A DNA stretch of 64,000 nucleotides from Chloroflexota bacterium (lineage in GTDB: Bacteria; Chloroflexota; Anaerolineae; B4-G1). The notes under the pieces are model-generated. The model was not told the origin of the DNA and did no database searches. It was given only the letters and a program-made list of their open reading frames with translations. Below are positions 48,370 to 57,561 of the stretch, piece by piece (position 1 is the first letter of the stretch; every line of letters starts with the position of its first letter). The stretch is from positions 1,000 to 64,999 of the forward strand of contig JAAZAN010000111.1 in assembly GCA_012514315.1 (NCBI GenBank), written 5' to 3'. The position numbers and the translations under genes were made by a program.

Positions 48370-50853
48370 GTGGCGATGACGTTCTCGACGGGCAATGGCG
48401 GGAGAGACCGCCCGGAACATCTGGACAGTGAGCCCCGTGCTCGGGTTGGATGGTCAAGGATCATCCAGTCGCGCGGCGTGCGTCGAGCTGTTCCATTGGT
48501 GTTACTGCTCGCGTTCTTCGCACAGCTAACCTGCGGCGCGAGATCACTCTCGTTGACGGTTGATGAGCCATATCACATCGTCCGTGGATACGTCTATCTG
48601 ACCAGTGGTGATTTCTGGATGATACCCCTGCTCGGACATCCGCCCTTTGTGGAGGGATGGGCCGCGCTTCCGTTGCTCGTTCAACCTGATCGGCCCGATC
48701 CTGTATCCGCGCCACACTGGCACGATAATAGCGTGCTCTACGTTCAAGACTTGTTGCCGCGATTGGGCTCGATCGAACAGGTTGAGGTTCTCACGCGGGT
48801 ACCGATCATGCTGCTCGCAACGGTCCTGCTGGCCGCTGTGTGGCGCTGGGGCGCTCAACTTGGTGGATGGTGGGCCGCGCTGTGGGCGGCGGTGCTGATG
48901 GTGTGGGATCCGACTATGATCGCCCACTCGCAACTGGATACGACCGACCTGGGTGTGACAGCGCTCGTCTTTGGTTTCGTTGTCCTGTTCTGGAATACCG
49001 TTGCCCGCCCGTCATGGTGGCGGCTTGCCGTGACCGGGGTGGTTGGCGGGCTTGCTATGGGTGCGAAGCACTCCGGCATAGTGATTGTGCCGTTAGCGGG
49101 TGCGTTTAGCATCTGGGCCTGGTCGTGTCCCAGGCAAATGAAGCGCGACAACGCCCAGCCATCCGGATGGATTGTGCCCTCCTTTGAGCGCCTGATAGGC
49201 TCTCTCTGGGTGTCTGTCACCATCGTAGCTATCGCCGTGGGTACCCTGTGGGCGATCTATGGATTCGAGATAGGGCGTCAGTCCGGGTTTCCGTGGGTCA
49301 TCCCGTTTCCCTCGCACATCTCTTCGCTATCGGCGTTGTTCTCTGATCGGGCTCGCACTTCGTTTCTCCGAGGTCATCTGAGGGAGGGGGGATGGTGGTG
49401 GTACTACCCCTATGTCTTCGCTATCAAGACGCCACTTCCCTTCCTGGCCGCGATGGGGTTTTGTCTGTTCCACTGGATGCGCCGTGGTTGGCGGGCCTGG
49501 CTTAACGATCTGCCAGTCTGGCTCTTCCCTGTCATCCTCTGGTTTGTCGCGATGCGCAGTGAGATGCACATCGGATACCGACATCTCTTGCCGACGTTGC
49601 CGTTCCTCTACGTGTGGGTTGGCAAGACACTGGCTTGTGCGGCGCCGCTGCGTCTCCGATTGTCGCGCTGGGGCCTGGCGTTGGGTGTGTTCTGGTACGC
49701 ACTGGGTGCATGGCAGGCCTACCCGTACACCCTGGCGTACTTCAACGAACTGATCGGTGGGCCGGCCGAGGGTTACCGGCACGTTGCTGACTCCAATCTG
49801 GATTGGGGCCAGAGCTTCAAGGCGCTGGCTGAGGCCATGCGACGTGAAGGTATCTCACGGGTCAATCTCAGCTACTGGACACGGGTCGATCCGGCGTTGT
49901 ACGACGTCTCGTATACGCCTCTCCCACCTGTTCCTGGTACCGAGGATGCTGACTTCCCTAGCTATGCCCCACCTGCTGGCATCTACGCGATCAGTGTGAC
50001 TGCACTGCAAGGTATTGTTGTGGCCGATCCCGAGCTCTATGACTGGTTCCGTCACATGACGCCGATGGCCCAGCCAGGCTACGGAATCAATATCTACAGA
50101 GTCGAGATGCTGCCCGAGTCCGGCGGCTGGGTCGCGCAGTGTATTACTCCCACGGCCCCGCTTCCTCAGGAAGAGATCGTGCGGGGATTTGGTGAGCCTG
50201 TCTCCCGTGTAGCCCACTTCGACTGTGACCAGGCGTGGCTCTATCCGGATGGAGGGGAGACGGGCGGATGGTTCGTCCTGCACGATGACGCAGCGCGAAC
50301 TGAGAGCGATTGGATACAGACGCATCTCGCCAACGCCCGACTGAGCTACGGCAAGCATCGGCCCAGCCTGTTTCCGCCGTTCTCCATTTATGAGCACTCG
50401 GCACATTCGATGCCGCTAATCGAAGGACGAGCGACGGCGCCTGGGAGTGACGGCGAACTGGTGGCCCCCGCACACTTCGTTGGTCCTCTGAGTTTCCAGG
50501 GGTATCAGATTGGAGGCTCTAGTGATCAGGGCGTGGAGCTTCACACGTGGTGGAGTGTGAACGAGACGATAACCCGACCGTTCTCGCTGATGGCCCATGT
50601 GGTGAATGATGTGGGCCATCCTATCAGTGTGGCCGACGGGATGGGGGTCTCGATCACAGAGCTACGGCCTGGAGATTGGTTTGTGCAGCGCCATCAACTG
50701 GACCTGACCTTAAGCGACGGCCTCGTCGATGGGACCCTCTGGTATCAGACTGGTGCATACTGGTTGGACACTTTGGAGCGATGGCCTGTTCTGCTTGGTG
50801 ATGAGGCGGTGGGCGATCGGCTCATTCTAGCAGAGGTGGATTCACTACACTGA
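48370..50853 (+). CDS. GT-C (ArnT/PMT family) glycosyltransferase, paralog group A
   Basis: LTVDEPYH, DPTMIAHSQLDTTD, HIGYRHLLP, DSNLDWGQ. Confidence 0.88.
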   Translation: MAMTFSTGNGGRDRPEHLDSEPRARVGWSRIIQSRGVRRAVPLVLLLAFFAQLTCGARSLSLTVDEPYHIVRGYVYLTSGDFWMIPLLGHPPFVEGWAALPLLVQPDRPDPVSAPHWHDNSVLYVQDLLPRLGSIEQVEVLTRVPIMLLATVLLAAVWRWGAQLGGWWAALWAAVLMVWDPTMIAHSQLDTTDLGVTALVFGFVVLFWNTVARPSWWRLAVTGVVGGLAMGAKHSGIVIVPLAGAFSIWAWSCPRQMKRDNAQPSGWIVPSFERLIGSLWVSVTIVAIAVGTLWAIYGFEIGRQSGFPWVIPFPSHISSLSALFSDRARTSFLRGHLREGGWWWYYPYVFAIKTPLPFLAAMGFCLFHWMRRGWRAWLNDLPVWLFPVILWFVAMRSEMHIGYRHLLPTLPFLYVWVGKTLACAAPLRLRLSRWGLALGVFWYALGAWQAYPYTLAYFNELIGGPAEGYRHVADSNLDWGQSFKALAEAMRREGISRVNLSYWTRVDPALYDVSYTPLPPVPGTEDADFPSYAPPAGIYAISVTALQGIVVADPELYDWFRHMTPMAQPGYGINIYRVEMLPESGGWVAQCITPTAPLPQEEIVRGFGEPVSRVAHFDCDQAWLYPDGGETGGWFVLHDDAARTESDWIQTHLANARLSYGKHRPSLFPPFSIYEHSAHSMPLIEGRATAPGSDGELVAPAHFVGPLSFQGYQIGGSSDQGVELHTWWSVNETITRPFSLMAHVVNDVGHPISVADGMGVSITELRPGDWFVQRHQLDLTLSDGLVDGTLWYQTGAYWLDTLERWPVLLGDEAVGDRLILAEVDSLH

Positions 50854-50865
50854 AGGCAACCTGAC

Positions 50866-50893
50866 TTGCGAAATTGGCTGCATGTGGTAGAAT
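50866..50893 (+). promoter_or_regulatory. Sigma70-type promoter of the DEAD-box helicase gene
   Basis: TTGCGA-N16-TAGAAT with extended -10 TG. Confidence 0.7.
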
Positions 50894-50908
50894 GCAGTGC
50901 ATCGACAC

Positions 50909-50941
50909 ATGTTGGCATCGTCAGCGAATACCGGCTGGTAG
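50909..50941 (+). other. Putative leader peptide uORF MLASSANTGW
   Basis: ATG...TAG lying between the promoter and the leader terminator; stop is 4 nt before the stem; no SD. Confidence 0.45.
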
Positions 50942-50945
50942 ATTC

Positions 50946-50977
50946 GAGCCCTGCGGTGTGAAGCAGGGCTCTTTGTT
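50946..50977 (+). terminator. Intrinsic terminator in the 5' leader (attenuator)
   Basis: gagccctgc-N8-gcagggctc perfect 9-bp stem followed by tttgtt, just before the GAGGAG RBS. Confidence 0.75.
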
Positions 50978-50994
50978 GTGAGGAGTACTCCAGA

Positions 50995-52647
50995 TTGAAC
51001 GATTTCCAGATTTTGGGCTTGCGGACTGAACTACTGCAAGCAGTCAGTGAACTGGGTTATCAGACGCCGACCGCGATTCAGGCGCGCGCTATTCCGATCC
51101 TGTTGTCGGGTCGAGACATGATGGGCCAGGCCCAGACTGGCACGGGCAAGACGGCGGCCTTTGCTCTGCCCATATTGAATGGACTAGACCTGGATCTTGT
51201 GGGTGTGCAGGCACTGGTTCTGACCCCAACACGGGAACTGGCGGACCAGGTTGCTCACGCTATCCACGAGTACGGGCAGCATCGGCAGGTGCGCGTCCTG
51301 CCGGTCTATGGCGGGCAGTCCTATAGCCGTCAGATCAGTCGTCTTCAGCGGGGCGTTCATGTTGTGGTCGGCACCCCAGGTCGTCTGCTGGATCTGTTGG
51401 GGCAGGGCGTCCTGAACCTTAGCAGTCTGCGCTTCCTGGTGCTCGATGAGGCAGATGAGATGCTGAACATGGGATTCATCGAGGACGTCGAGGCGATCCT
51501 GAGTCAGACGCCTACGGCGCGTCAGACCGCCTTGTTCTCGGCGACGCTGCCTGAGCCGATCCGTCGGCTCTCCGACCGGTACCTTCGTGAACCGGAACTG
51601 GTTGTGACGAGCAGTACCCGATTGACTGTGGATCAGACAGAGCAGCGGCAGTATCTCGTTTCTGAGTCCGACAAGTTGGCCGCCCTCCTTCGCCTGCTGG
51701 AGATGGAGGAGGGGATCAGAAACATCCTGAACTTCGTCCGCACCAAGATCGGGGCTGGAGCACTGGCTGAGGCGCTGCTGGAGCGAGGTGTTCAGGCCGA
51801 TGCCCTACACGGCGACCTGACTCAGCCGATGAGGGAGACGGTATTGCGCCGCTTCAGGGATGAGACACTCCCAGTAATGGTAGCAACGGATGTGGCAGCT
51901 CGTGGTCTGGATATCGACGATATCTCCCACGTCATCAACTATGATGTTCCGTTGGACTCGGAGGCGTACGTTCACCGGATCGGGCGTACGGGGCGTGCCG
52001 GAAGGACTGGCGTGGCGATCACCCTGGTCACTCCACAGGAACGCTGGCGTATGGATCGGATTGAACGGTTCACGAAACAGGCCATCGCACGGGCCACATT
52101 GCCCGGGAAGGCCGATGTGCTGAACCGACGCAAGGAACGCTTTCTCAGCCGATTGAGTGATCGGTTCACACCGGAACTTGTCGATGATGAACGTAGAATG
52201 GTCGAGCGACTCGTCGAGGCCGGCTATGATCCTGCCGATATCGCTGCCGCAGCACTTCGCCTGGCTCGGGAAGGTGAGAGACAGTGGGCTGTGGACGAGA
52301 TCTCCGAAATCAGAGAGCCAGCAAGGCGTGAGGTAACAGCTCGTCGCACGGGGCGGCGGGATTCCAGGGCCGATGGAAGGCGCAGACAGCGAGCAAGATC
52401 TCGTTGTGAAGCGGGCATGGTGCGGATATCGATCAATCTAGGCAAGGAACAGGGCATCCGTCCCGGTGATGTTGTAGGCGCCATTGCCAATGAGGCGGGC
52501 ATTCCGGGCAAGGCGATCGGCGCTATCGACATTCAGCGGCAACAGACGTTCTTCGATGTGGTGGATCAACATGCGGAGCGTGTGCTGCAGGGCGCGGGTC
52601 GGTGGAAGCTGCGGGGGCAGCCTGTCATGCTGAAGTGCGTCGACTGA
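50995..52647 (+). CDS. deaD: DEAD-box RNA helicase with a C-terminal DbpA RNA-binding domain (DeaD/CsdA-like)
   Basis: Q motif, AQTGTGKT, PTRELA, TPGR, DEAD, SAT, ARGLD, HRIGRTGR; IRPGDVVGAIANE. Confidence 0.93.
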   Translation: MNDFQILGLRTELLQAVSELGYQTPTAIQARAIPILLSGRDMMGQAQTGTGKTAAFALPILNGLDLDLVGVQALVLTPTRELADQVAHAIHEYGQHRQVRVLPVYGGQSYSRQISRLQRGVHVVVGTPGRLLDLLGQGVLNLSSLRFLVLDEADEMLNMGFIEDVEAILSQTPTARQTALFSATLPEPIRRLSDRYLREPELVVTSSTRLTVDQTEQRQYLVSESDKLAALLRLLEMEEGIRNILNFVRTKIGAGALAEALLERGVQADALHGDLTQPMRETVLRRFRDETLPVMVATDVAARGLDIDDISHVINYDVPLDSEAYVHRIGRTGRAGRTGVAITLVTPQERWRMDRIERFTKQAIARATLPGKADVLNRRKERFLSRLSDRFTPELVDDERRMVERLVEAGYDPADIAAAALRLAREGERQWAVDEISEIREPARREVTARRTGRRDSRADGRRRQRARSRCEAGMVRISINLGKEQGIRPGDVVGAIANEAGIPGKAIGAIDIQRQQTFFDVVDQHAERVLQGAGRWKLRGQPVMLKCVD

Positions 52648-52713
52648 ATCAAGGACCATCTGGCCGTCAGTCTTTCCGCCTGGATCGAGGCGGCGTTTCG
52701 GCGAAGGGCGCCT

Positions 52714-53277
52714 TCACTCCAGATTGGCGTGGCGGGCGAGCATCTGAGTCGGGGTGAGACGCAGCTCATCCATGAGCTGCACGGTGACCAGGTCGAGCAA
52801 CAGGCCCAAGGATTGCTCAAAGAGTGTTCCCATTGGCTGTATCGATCTCAGTCCTGAATCCTCAGCCAGCTTGGGGGTGGGAGCTGCTATCACGATGACA
52901 GTGTCTGCCTCGGTAGCCAGAGGGGAGCGATCTGTTGCAGTGATCAGGGCGATGTGCGCCCCTGCGGCCCGGGCGCACCGGGCGTGTCCGACCAGCGAAG
53001 CGGTCTGCCCTGAGGCGGACCCTAGAACAAGCGTATCCGCTGGTTCGATAGCCGGCGCGGTGACCTCTCCAACAACGTGGACGGTAATCCCTAGATGCAT
53101 CAAGCGCATGGCGAATCCCCGCATCTGCAACCCGGACCGACCTTGCCCGTCCACGAATACTCGTGGCGCCGCGAGGATACTCGAGCGGAGTGTGCCTAGC
53201 GCCGCGCTGTCGACCGATTGAAGGGCGCCGGCCAGTTCCTGAAACAGGAGTGGTAGCAATTCACTCAGTGTTGCCAC
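52714..53277 (-). CDS. hxlB: 6-phospho-3-hexuloisomerase (SIS domain)
   Basis: GRSG..FAMRLMHLG, PMGTLFEQ, C-terminal HANLE. Confidence 0.9.
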   Translation of the reverse strand: MATLSELLPLLFQELAGALQSVDSAALGTLRSSILAAPRVFVDGQGRSGLQMRGFAMRLMHLGITVHVVGEVTAPAIEPADTLVLGSASGQTASLVGHARCARAAGAHIALITATDRSPLATEADTVIVIAAPTPKLAEDSGLRSIQPMGTLFEQSLGLLLDLVTVQLMDELRLTPTQMLARHANLE

Positions 53278-53384
53278 AGAAATCCTTCTTTCTCGAGAAC
53301 GTCGATGGATGGATGCACTCCACGTGCGACCCGCAGGGATATTTCACGAGAATGTCTCTCGACTGTGATTCCAGACAAGAGCAG

Positions 53385-53412
53385 AGTATAATGGCCAGCA
53401 AGCGGCTGTCAA
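53385..53412 (-). promoter_or_regulatory. Sigma70-type promoter for hxlB, overlapping a + strand TATAAT
   Basis: TTGACA-N16-TATACT on the minus strand; TATAAT at 53387-53392 on the plus strand. Confidence 0.6.
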
Positions 53413-53455
53413 CGCCCGGTTGATACAAGACAGGTGTTGAGCCGCCGAATACGAC

Positions 53456-54400
53456 ATGTGTGAGCCTACACGATGCGCCCATTCTGCGCCAGGCAGCTGG
53501 CCTCATTGGATCGTTCTCCCGGTGGTACTGGCCATTGTTTTGCTGCTGACAATCGCCGCGTCAACCGGAGTTGCTGATCAAACGCTCGATCTCACTCCAG
53601 AAGCGTGGTTATTCCTGCCGTCGGTTCGTCTGGACCCAACGCCTACCCCATACGCGTGTCCATCAACGTCGGACAACCAAGTCGTCCGGGGAACGGCCTT
53701 TCAGTATGACAGAGATGACCCGGTGCGCCCTGCCGTTGACCACGCCGACAAGAACCTGGCGTTGAGAGGCTACGTCCCCAATACCGATCCGCGTCTCCTG
53801 CGGCAACTGGTTGACTACGGCTCCGATGATCCAAGACAGCCGCCCCAGTTTGCCACCCTGTTCACGCCGTACCGCGTGCCCAGCCTTACGAGCTTCTATC
53901 AGGCGCACGACTGGTACTGGGCGCCGTCACCGGAGATCGGAGCCAGAGGAACGCCCATCACCCAGCCACAGGTCACGGCGCTCGGCCTGAACACCACGCC
54001 AGGTGAGACCCTGCGGGTTCCGGTATCGGGCTATGAGATTGGGATCGACGTCGAGGTCTTAGTCCTCTTTGCCGATAGCGATACTGTTGCACTGCGCTAT
54101 ACCCGCGACGACAGTTCTGGCGCTCCGGGCTACACGGTGCACGTCGATCAGATATGCACGGATCCCAACCTTCTCGCGCTGTACAACGAGCTAGACCGTG
54201 CCGACGGACCACGCTACGTGTATCCCAATCCCTCGTATGACCTGCCGGTCCTGGCAGCCGGACAGCCACTTGGTACCGCGCGGGACACCAAGATCGTCGT
54301 GGCAATAGTGGATACTGGAGCATTTCAGGATCCGCGATCGTGTAATGAATGGTGGCAGATCAGGCCGGGGTACTCCTTGGGCTGTCCCTCGCACGAATAG
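53456..54400 (+). CDS. Secreted/membrane-anchored hypothetical protein
   Basis: Hydrophobic N-terminal segment, LFLPSV motif, PTPTP linker, Cys-containing globular domain. Confidence 0.75.
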   Translation: MCEPTRCAHSAPGSWPHWIVLPVVLAIVLLLTIAASTGVADQTLDLTPEAWLFLPSVRLDPTPTPYACPSTSDNQVVRGTAFQYDRDDPVRPAVDHADKNLALRGYVPNTDPRLLRQLVDYGSDDPRQPPQFATLFTPYRVPSLTSFYQAHDWYWAPSPEIGARGTPITQPQVTALGLNTTPGETLRVPVSGYEIGIDVEVLVLFADSDTVALRYTRDDSSGAPGYTVHVDQICTDPNLLALYNELDRADGPRYVYPNPSYDLPVLAAGQPLGTARDTKIVVAIVDTGAFQDPRSCNEWWQIRPGYSLGCPSHE

Positions 54401-54490
54401 ACCTTCTGCGCTCATTGCCGGAGGCCGCTCTCTGTGCGGTGAGCTGGCCGATCGTTTGAGGTGCACGCAGCCGACAGACCGACACTTTGT

Positions 54491-54518
54491 TTGTCGCTGA
54501 TCTTGGCGATGGTATAAT
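54491..54518 (+). promoter_or_regulatory. Sigma70-type promoter
   Basis: TTGTCG-N16-TATAAT with extended -10 TG; implies the CDS starts downstream of the ORF-track start. Confidence 0.65.
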
Positions 54519-54540
54519 CCGAAAAGTGACTGGCAGGTGG

Positions 54541-57498
54541 GTGCAGCGAAAGGCTCTGATGGTGCGGCGGGCAGCCGGTATCGCTGCAGGGCTGTTTCTC
54601 GTTCGTGTGGCGCTGGAAGCCACGCTGAGCCCTGTATCCGGCGCGTGGATAGTGCTCGCAGTTGTGGCTGGAGGGGTTTCAGGCTATTTCGGCGGGCGGC
54701 AGGTCGAGAGATGGGGTGGGTCTCTCTGGTCTGCGTACGTGCTCTTGGGCTACGTCGTCTGGCCGCAACGCGACCCCCTTGCGGCCGGCATCCTTCTCAT
54801 CCTGGCGCTTTTGGTCTGGCTCCTCTCCGCCAGCCTCGATAGGCTGCCCCGTGCGGCGGTAACGACCACGGACGTACTGACTTTTCTGATCCCACTGATC
54901 ATCTATGGACTTACCGTATCTCCCGATGTCCTTCCGGCTGACTCGGGTGAGTTCCAGCTTGTTGCTGCTCGGTTGGGAGTAGCCCATCCGCCAGGATACC
55001 CGCTGTATACATTGGCTGGCCATCTCTTCACGCGTCTCGTTCCATGGGGAACACCTGCCTATCGGCTCAATCTGATGAGCGCAGTTCTGGCGGCGGGAAC
55101 GCTGCTGCTGTTGAGTCGCGCGTCGCGCATTTGGGCGCGCAAATTGGGTCTGCCGTCCCATGTGGCTTTGGGTTCCGGTGTGGCCGCTGCACTCACGCTG
55201 GGCAGTGCGACAACTTTCTGGGCGCAGGCGACGATTGCCAACATCCGTATGCCTACGGCATTCTGTACTGCCTGGGCGCTCCATGCCCTGGCGCGCTATG
55301 ATGCGGCGGTGGGCCGGCATGCAGCGGATCGCGCACTGACCGCACTGGGACTTGCGCTCGGCCTGGGGTTGGGGCATCATCCATCGTTGGTATTTCTGGG
55401 GTTCTTCTTGGTTCTCTACGCAGTGTTGGTTGACCCGGCCCTGGTCCTGCGGCCGAGACGCTGGTGGCGGCCCATGTTGGCCGGACTTGTCGGATTGCTG
55501 CCTTATCTGTATCTGCCTATCGCTGGGTCCCGCGATGCTCTGTTGGCGCCGTCCAGGCTGGACACGCTGGATAGCTTTCTGCAGCACGTCCTGGCGCGGG
55601 GATTCGCTGGAGACATGTTCGCGTATGCAAACACGAGCGACCTATCTCACCGGCTGACGCTTCTGCCCACGCTGTTCTCGTTCCAGTTCAATGGCCTGGT
55701 CCTCTTGGCTGCCGTGGTTGGTATGGTCGCGTTACTTTGCCGCTGTTGGCGTCTATTCGTCCTGGTCGCTGGCAGCATAGCGGTGCACACCTTCGTGACG
55801 GTGACTTACCGTGCACCCCAGACGGTTGAGTATCTGATGCCGGCTTACCTGCCCATCGCGCTCTCTGTGGCCTTCGTACCCTCGGCATATACTGCAGCAG
55901 GCCGTTCGAGGTGGGTAGTGCGCGGGTGGCGCATTGCCCAGGAGCTGCTGGTGGCTGCGACGACATGCGGGGCCCTGCTCAACGGTCACGCGCATGCGAC
56001 TAGTTTTCTGGAGCTGGCGGCCGATCGCTCGACTCGTGAAGCGGTTCTGCCATTGCTGGAGCAGTCGCCTGCTGATGCACTCATTCTGGCCGATTGGCAC
56101 TGGGCGACGCCGCTATGGTACTTGCAGCACGTCGAGGGACGCCGGCCTGATGTCGATGTGCAGTATGTCTACAATGTGTCAGGCGAGGAGTACTGGGTGA
56201 CGTGGGAGAGACGGATTCGTGAGGCGCCGATGGATCGGCCGTTGTTGTTGACTCACTTCTATACCTTTGACGGCTACACGACTGAACCCTGGGGATACGG
56301 GTTCGCGATTCGACCGAGACCGGTGACGACACCCCTCACCCCACTCGAGCCTCTGGATGTTGTGTTTGGTGACAGGCTGCGCGTGCTGGGATATCGAGTG
56401 CAGCCGTCAGATGTCAGCCCTGGCGACGTTGTTGAGTTGGATATCGCGTGGCAGGCGACGGGCTCGCTGGAGAATGCGCCGTCGTTTACCGTGCGTCTTG
56501 GAGGCGATGCGGGGGAGCGGCTTGCACAGGCTGATCAGGCTCTCGATCCGGATGTTGAGATCGGTGAGGTGCGTTTCGAGCGTCTGGTACTGCCGCTTTA
56601 CCCCAGCCTGGAAAGCGGGCGGCACTGGCTACAACTGGGAGCTTACACGGTGACCGCTGACGGATTTGAGGATTTGACCACGTCGACAGGGGCCACGAGT
56701 GTCGCGCTGGGCGGTCTTCTGCTGGCACCCAACATGGATCAGCCTTTCTCACTACATTCCAGGAACATACCATTCGCGCACGGGCCGGAGCTCGTCGGAG
56801 TTGACTACGATCGCACCGTACCGGATGTTCTACGTGTCTATCTGCACTGGCTCGGGCCGACCGCGCCAGGCTGGCAGATCGAGTTGAGTAGCTCTAATCG
56901 GCCACCACCGGCATCCGGACCTGAGTATGTAAAGGCGCTGCCGGAGGCGGAGGCTGGAGTTTATCAGACAGTCGTGGTAGACTTAGTTGGCGAAGAGACC
57001 GGTTCGGTCTGGCTGACGCTGATTGGACCTGCTGGGGAGGTGAAGCCAGCGGCGGGGCCTTGGGGATGGCGTGTGGAGCAGGTGCGGTTGCCAGAACCGC
57101 CGTTGGATGCGCGGTTTGTGCCAATCGGCGGTGAACTCGCTGTTGTCGACGCGACGGCACGAACGGCTGCGCCAGGAGGGACCGCGACGGTGGACGTTAC
57201 CTTCGTGGGGCTGAACCCTCTGGTTAGCGACTACGCCGTGAGCGTGCGCCTGATGGATGAGGGGGGGCAGTGGCTTGCGCGGCACGATATGCAACCTGCA
57301 CAGGGCGCCGTACCCACGTTGAAATGGATCCGCGGAAGCAGGGTCGTGGATCGTCACCTGTTGCCCGTTCCGGAGGGAGATGTCGGTCAGACGGTACAGG
57401 CGGGCCTGGTGGTGTATGAACGATTCCGGGAGATCGTCTTGCCGCCACTCGATGGGCGGTTTCGTGACGTGCCTTTGGGCACCTGGGCACAGCCCTAA
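54541..57498 (+). CDS. DUF2723/TMEM260-family protein O-mannosyltransferase-like GT-C with Ig-like domains
   Basis: DSGEFQ...LGVAHPPGYPLY signature; many TMs; start uncertain (GTG 54541 or ATG 54559). Confidence 0.87.
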   Translation: MQRKALMVRRAAGIAAGLFLVRVALEATLSPVSGAWIVLAVVAGGVSGYFGGRQVERWGGSLWSAYVLLGYVVWPQRDPLAAGILLILALLVWLLSASLDRLPRAAVTTTDVLTFLIPLIIYGLTVSPDVLPADSGEFQLVAARLGVAHPPGYPLYTLAGHLFTRLVPWGTPAYRLNLMSAVLAAGTLLLLSRASRIWARKLGLPSHVALGSGVAAALTLGSATTFWAQATIANIRMPTAFCTAWALHALARYDAAVGRHAADRALTALGLALGLGLGHHPSLVFLGFFLVLYAVLVDPALVLRPRRWWRPMLAGLVGLLPYLYLPIAGSRDALLAPSRLDTLDSFLQHVLARGFAGDMFAYANTSDLSHRLTLLPTLFSFQFNGLVLLAAVVGMVALLCRCWRLFVLVAGSIAVHTFVTVTYRAPQTVEYLMPAYLPIALSVAFVPSAYTAAGRSRWVVRGWRIAQELLVAATTCGALLNGHAHATSFLELAADRSTREAVLPLLEQSPADALILADWHWATPLWYLQHVEGRRPDVDVQYVYNVSGEEYWVTWERRIREAPMDRPLLLTHFYTFDGYTTEPWGYGFAIRPRPVTTPLTPLEPLDVVFGDRLRVLGYRVQPSDVSPGDVVELDIAWQATGSLENAPSFTVRLGGDAGERLAQADQALDPDVEIGEVRFERLVLPLYPSLESGRHWLQLGAYTVTADGFEDLTTSTGATSVALGGLLLAPNMDQPFSLHSRNIPFAHGPELVGVDYDRTVPDVLRVYLHWLGPTAPGWQIELSSSNRPPPASGPEYVKALPEAEAGVYQTVVVDLVGEETGSVWLTLIGPAGEVKPAAGPWGWRVEQVRLPEPPLDARFVPIGGELAVVDATARTAAPGGTATVDVTFVGLNPLVSDYAVSVRLMDEGGQWLARHDMQPAQGAVPTLKWIRGSRVVDRHLLPVPEGDVGQTVQAGLVVYERFREIVLPPLDGRFRDVPLGTWAQP

Positions 57499-57561
57499 TG
57501 CAGGTCGTGGCATCGGCAGGCGCTGAGGCCCTGTAGACCTGTGTTCGAATGGAATGCTGCG

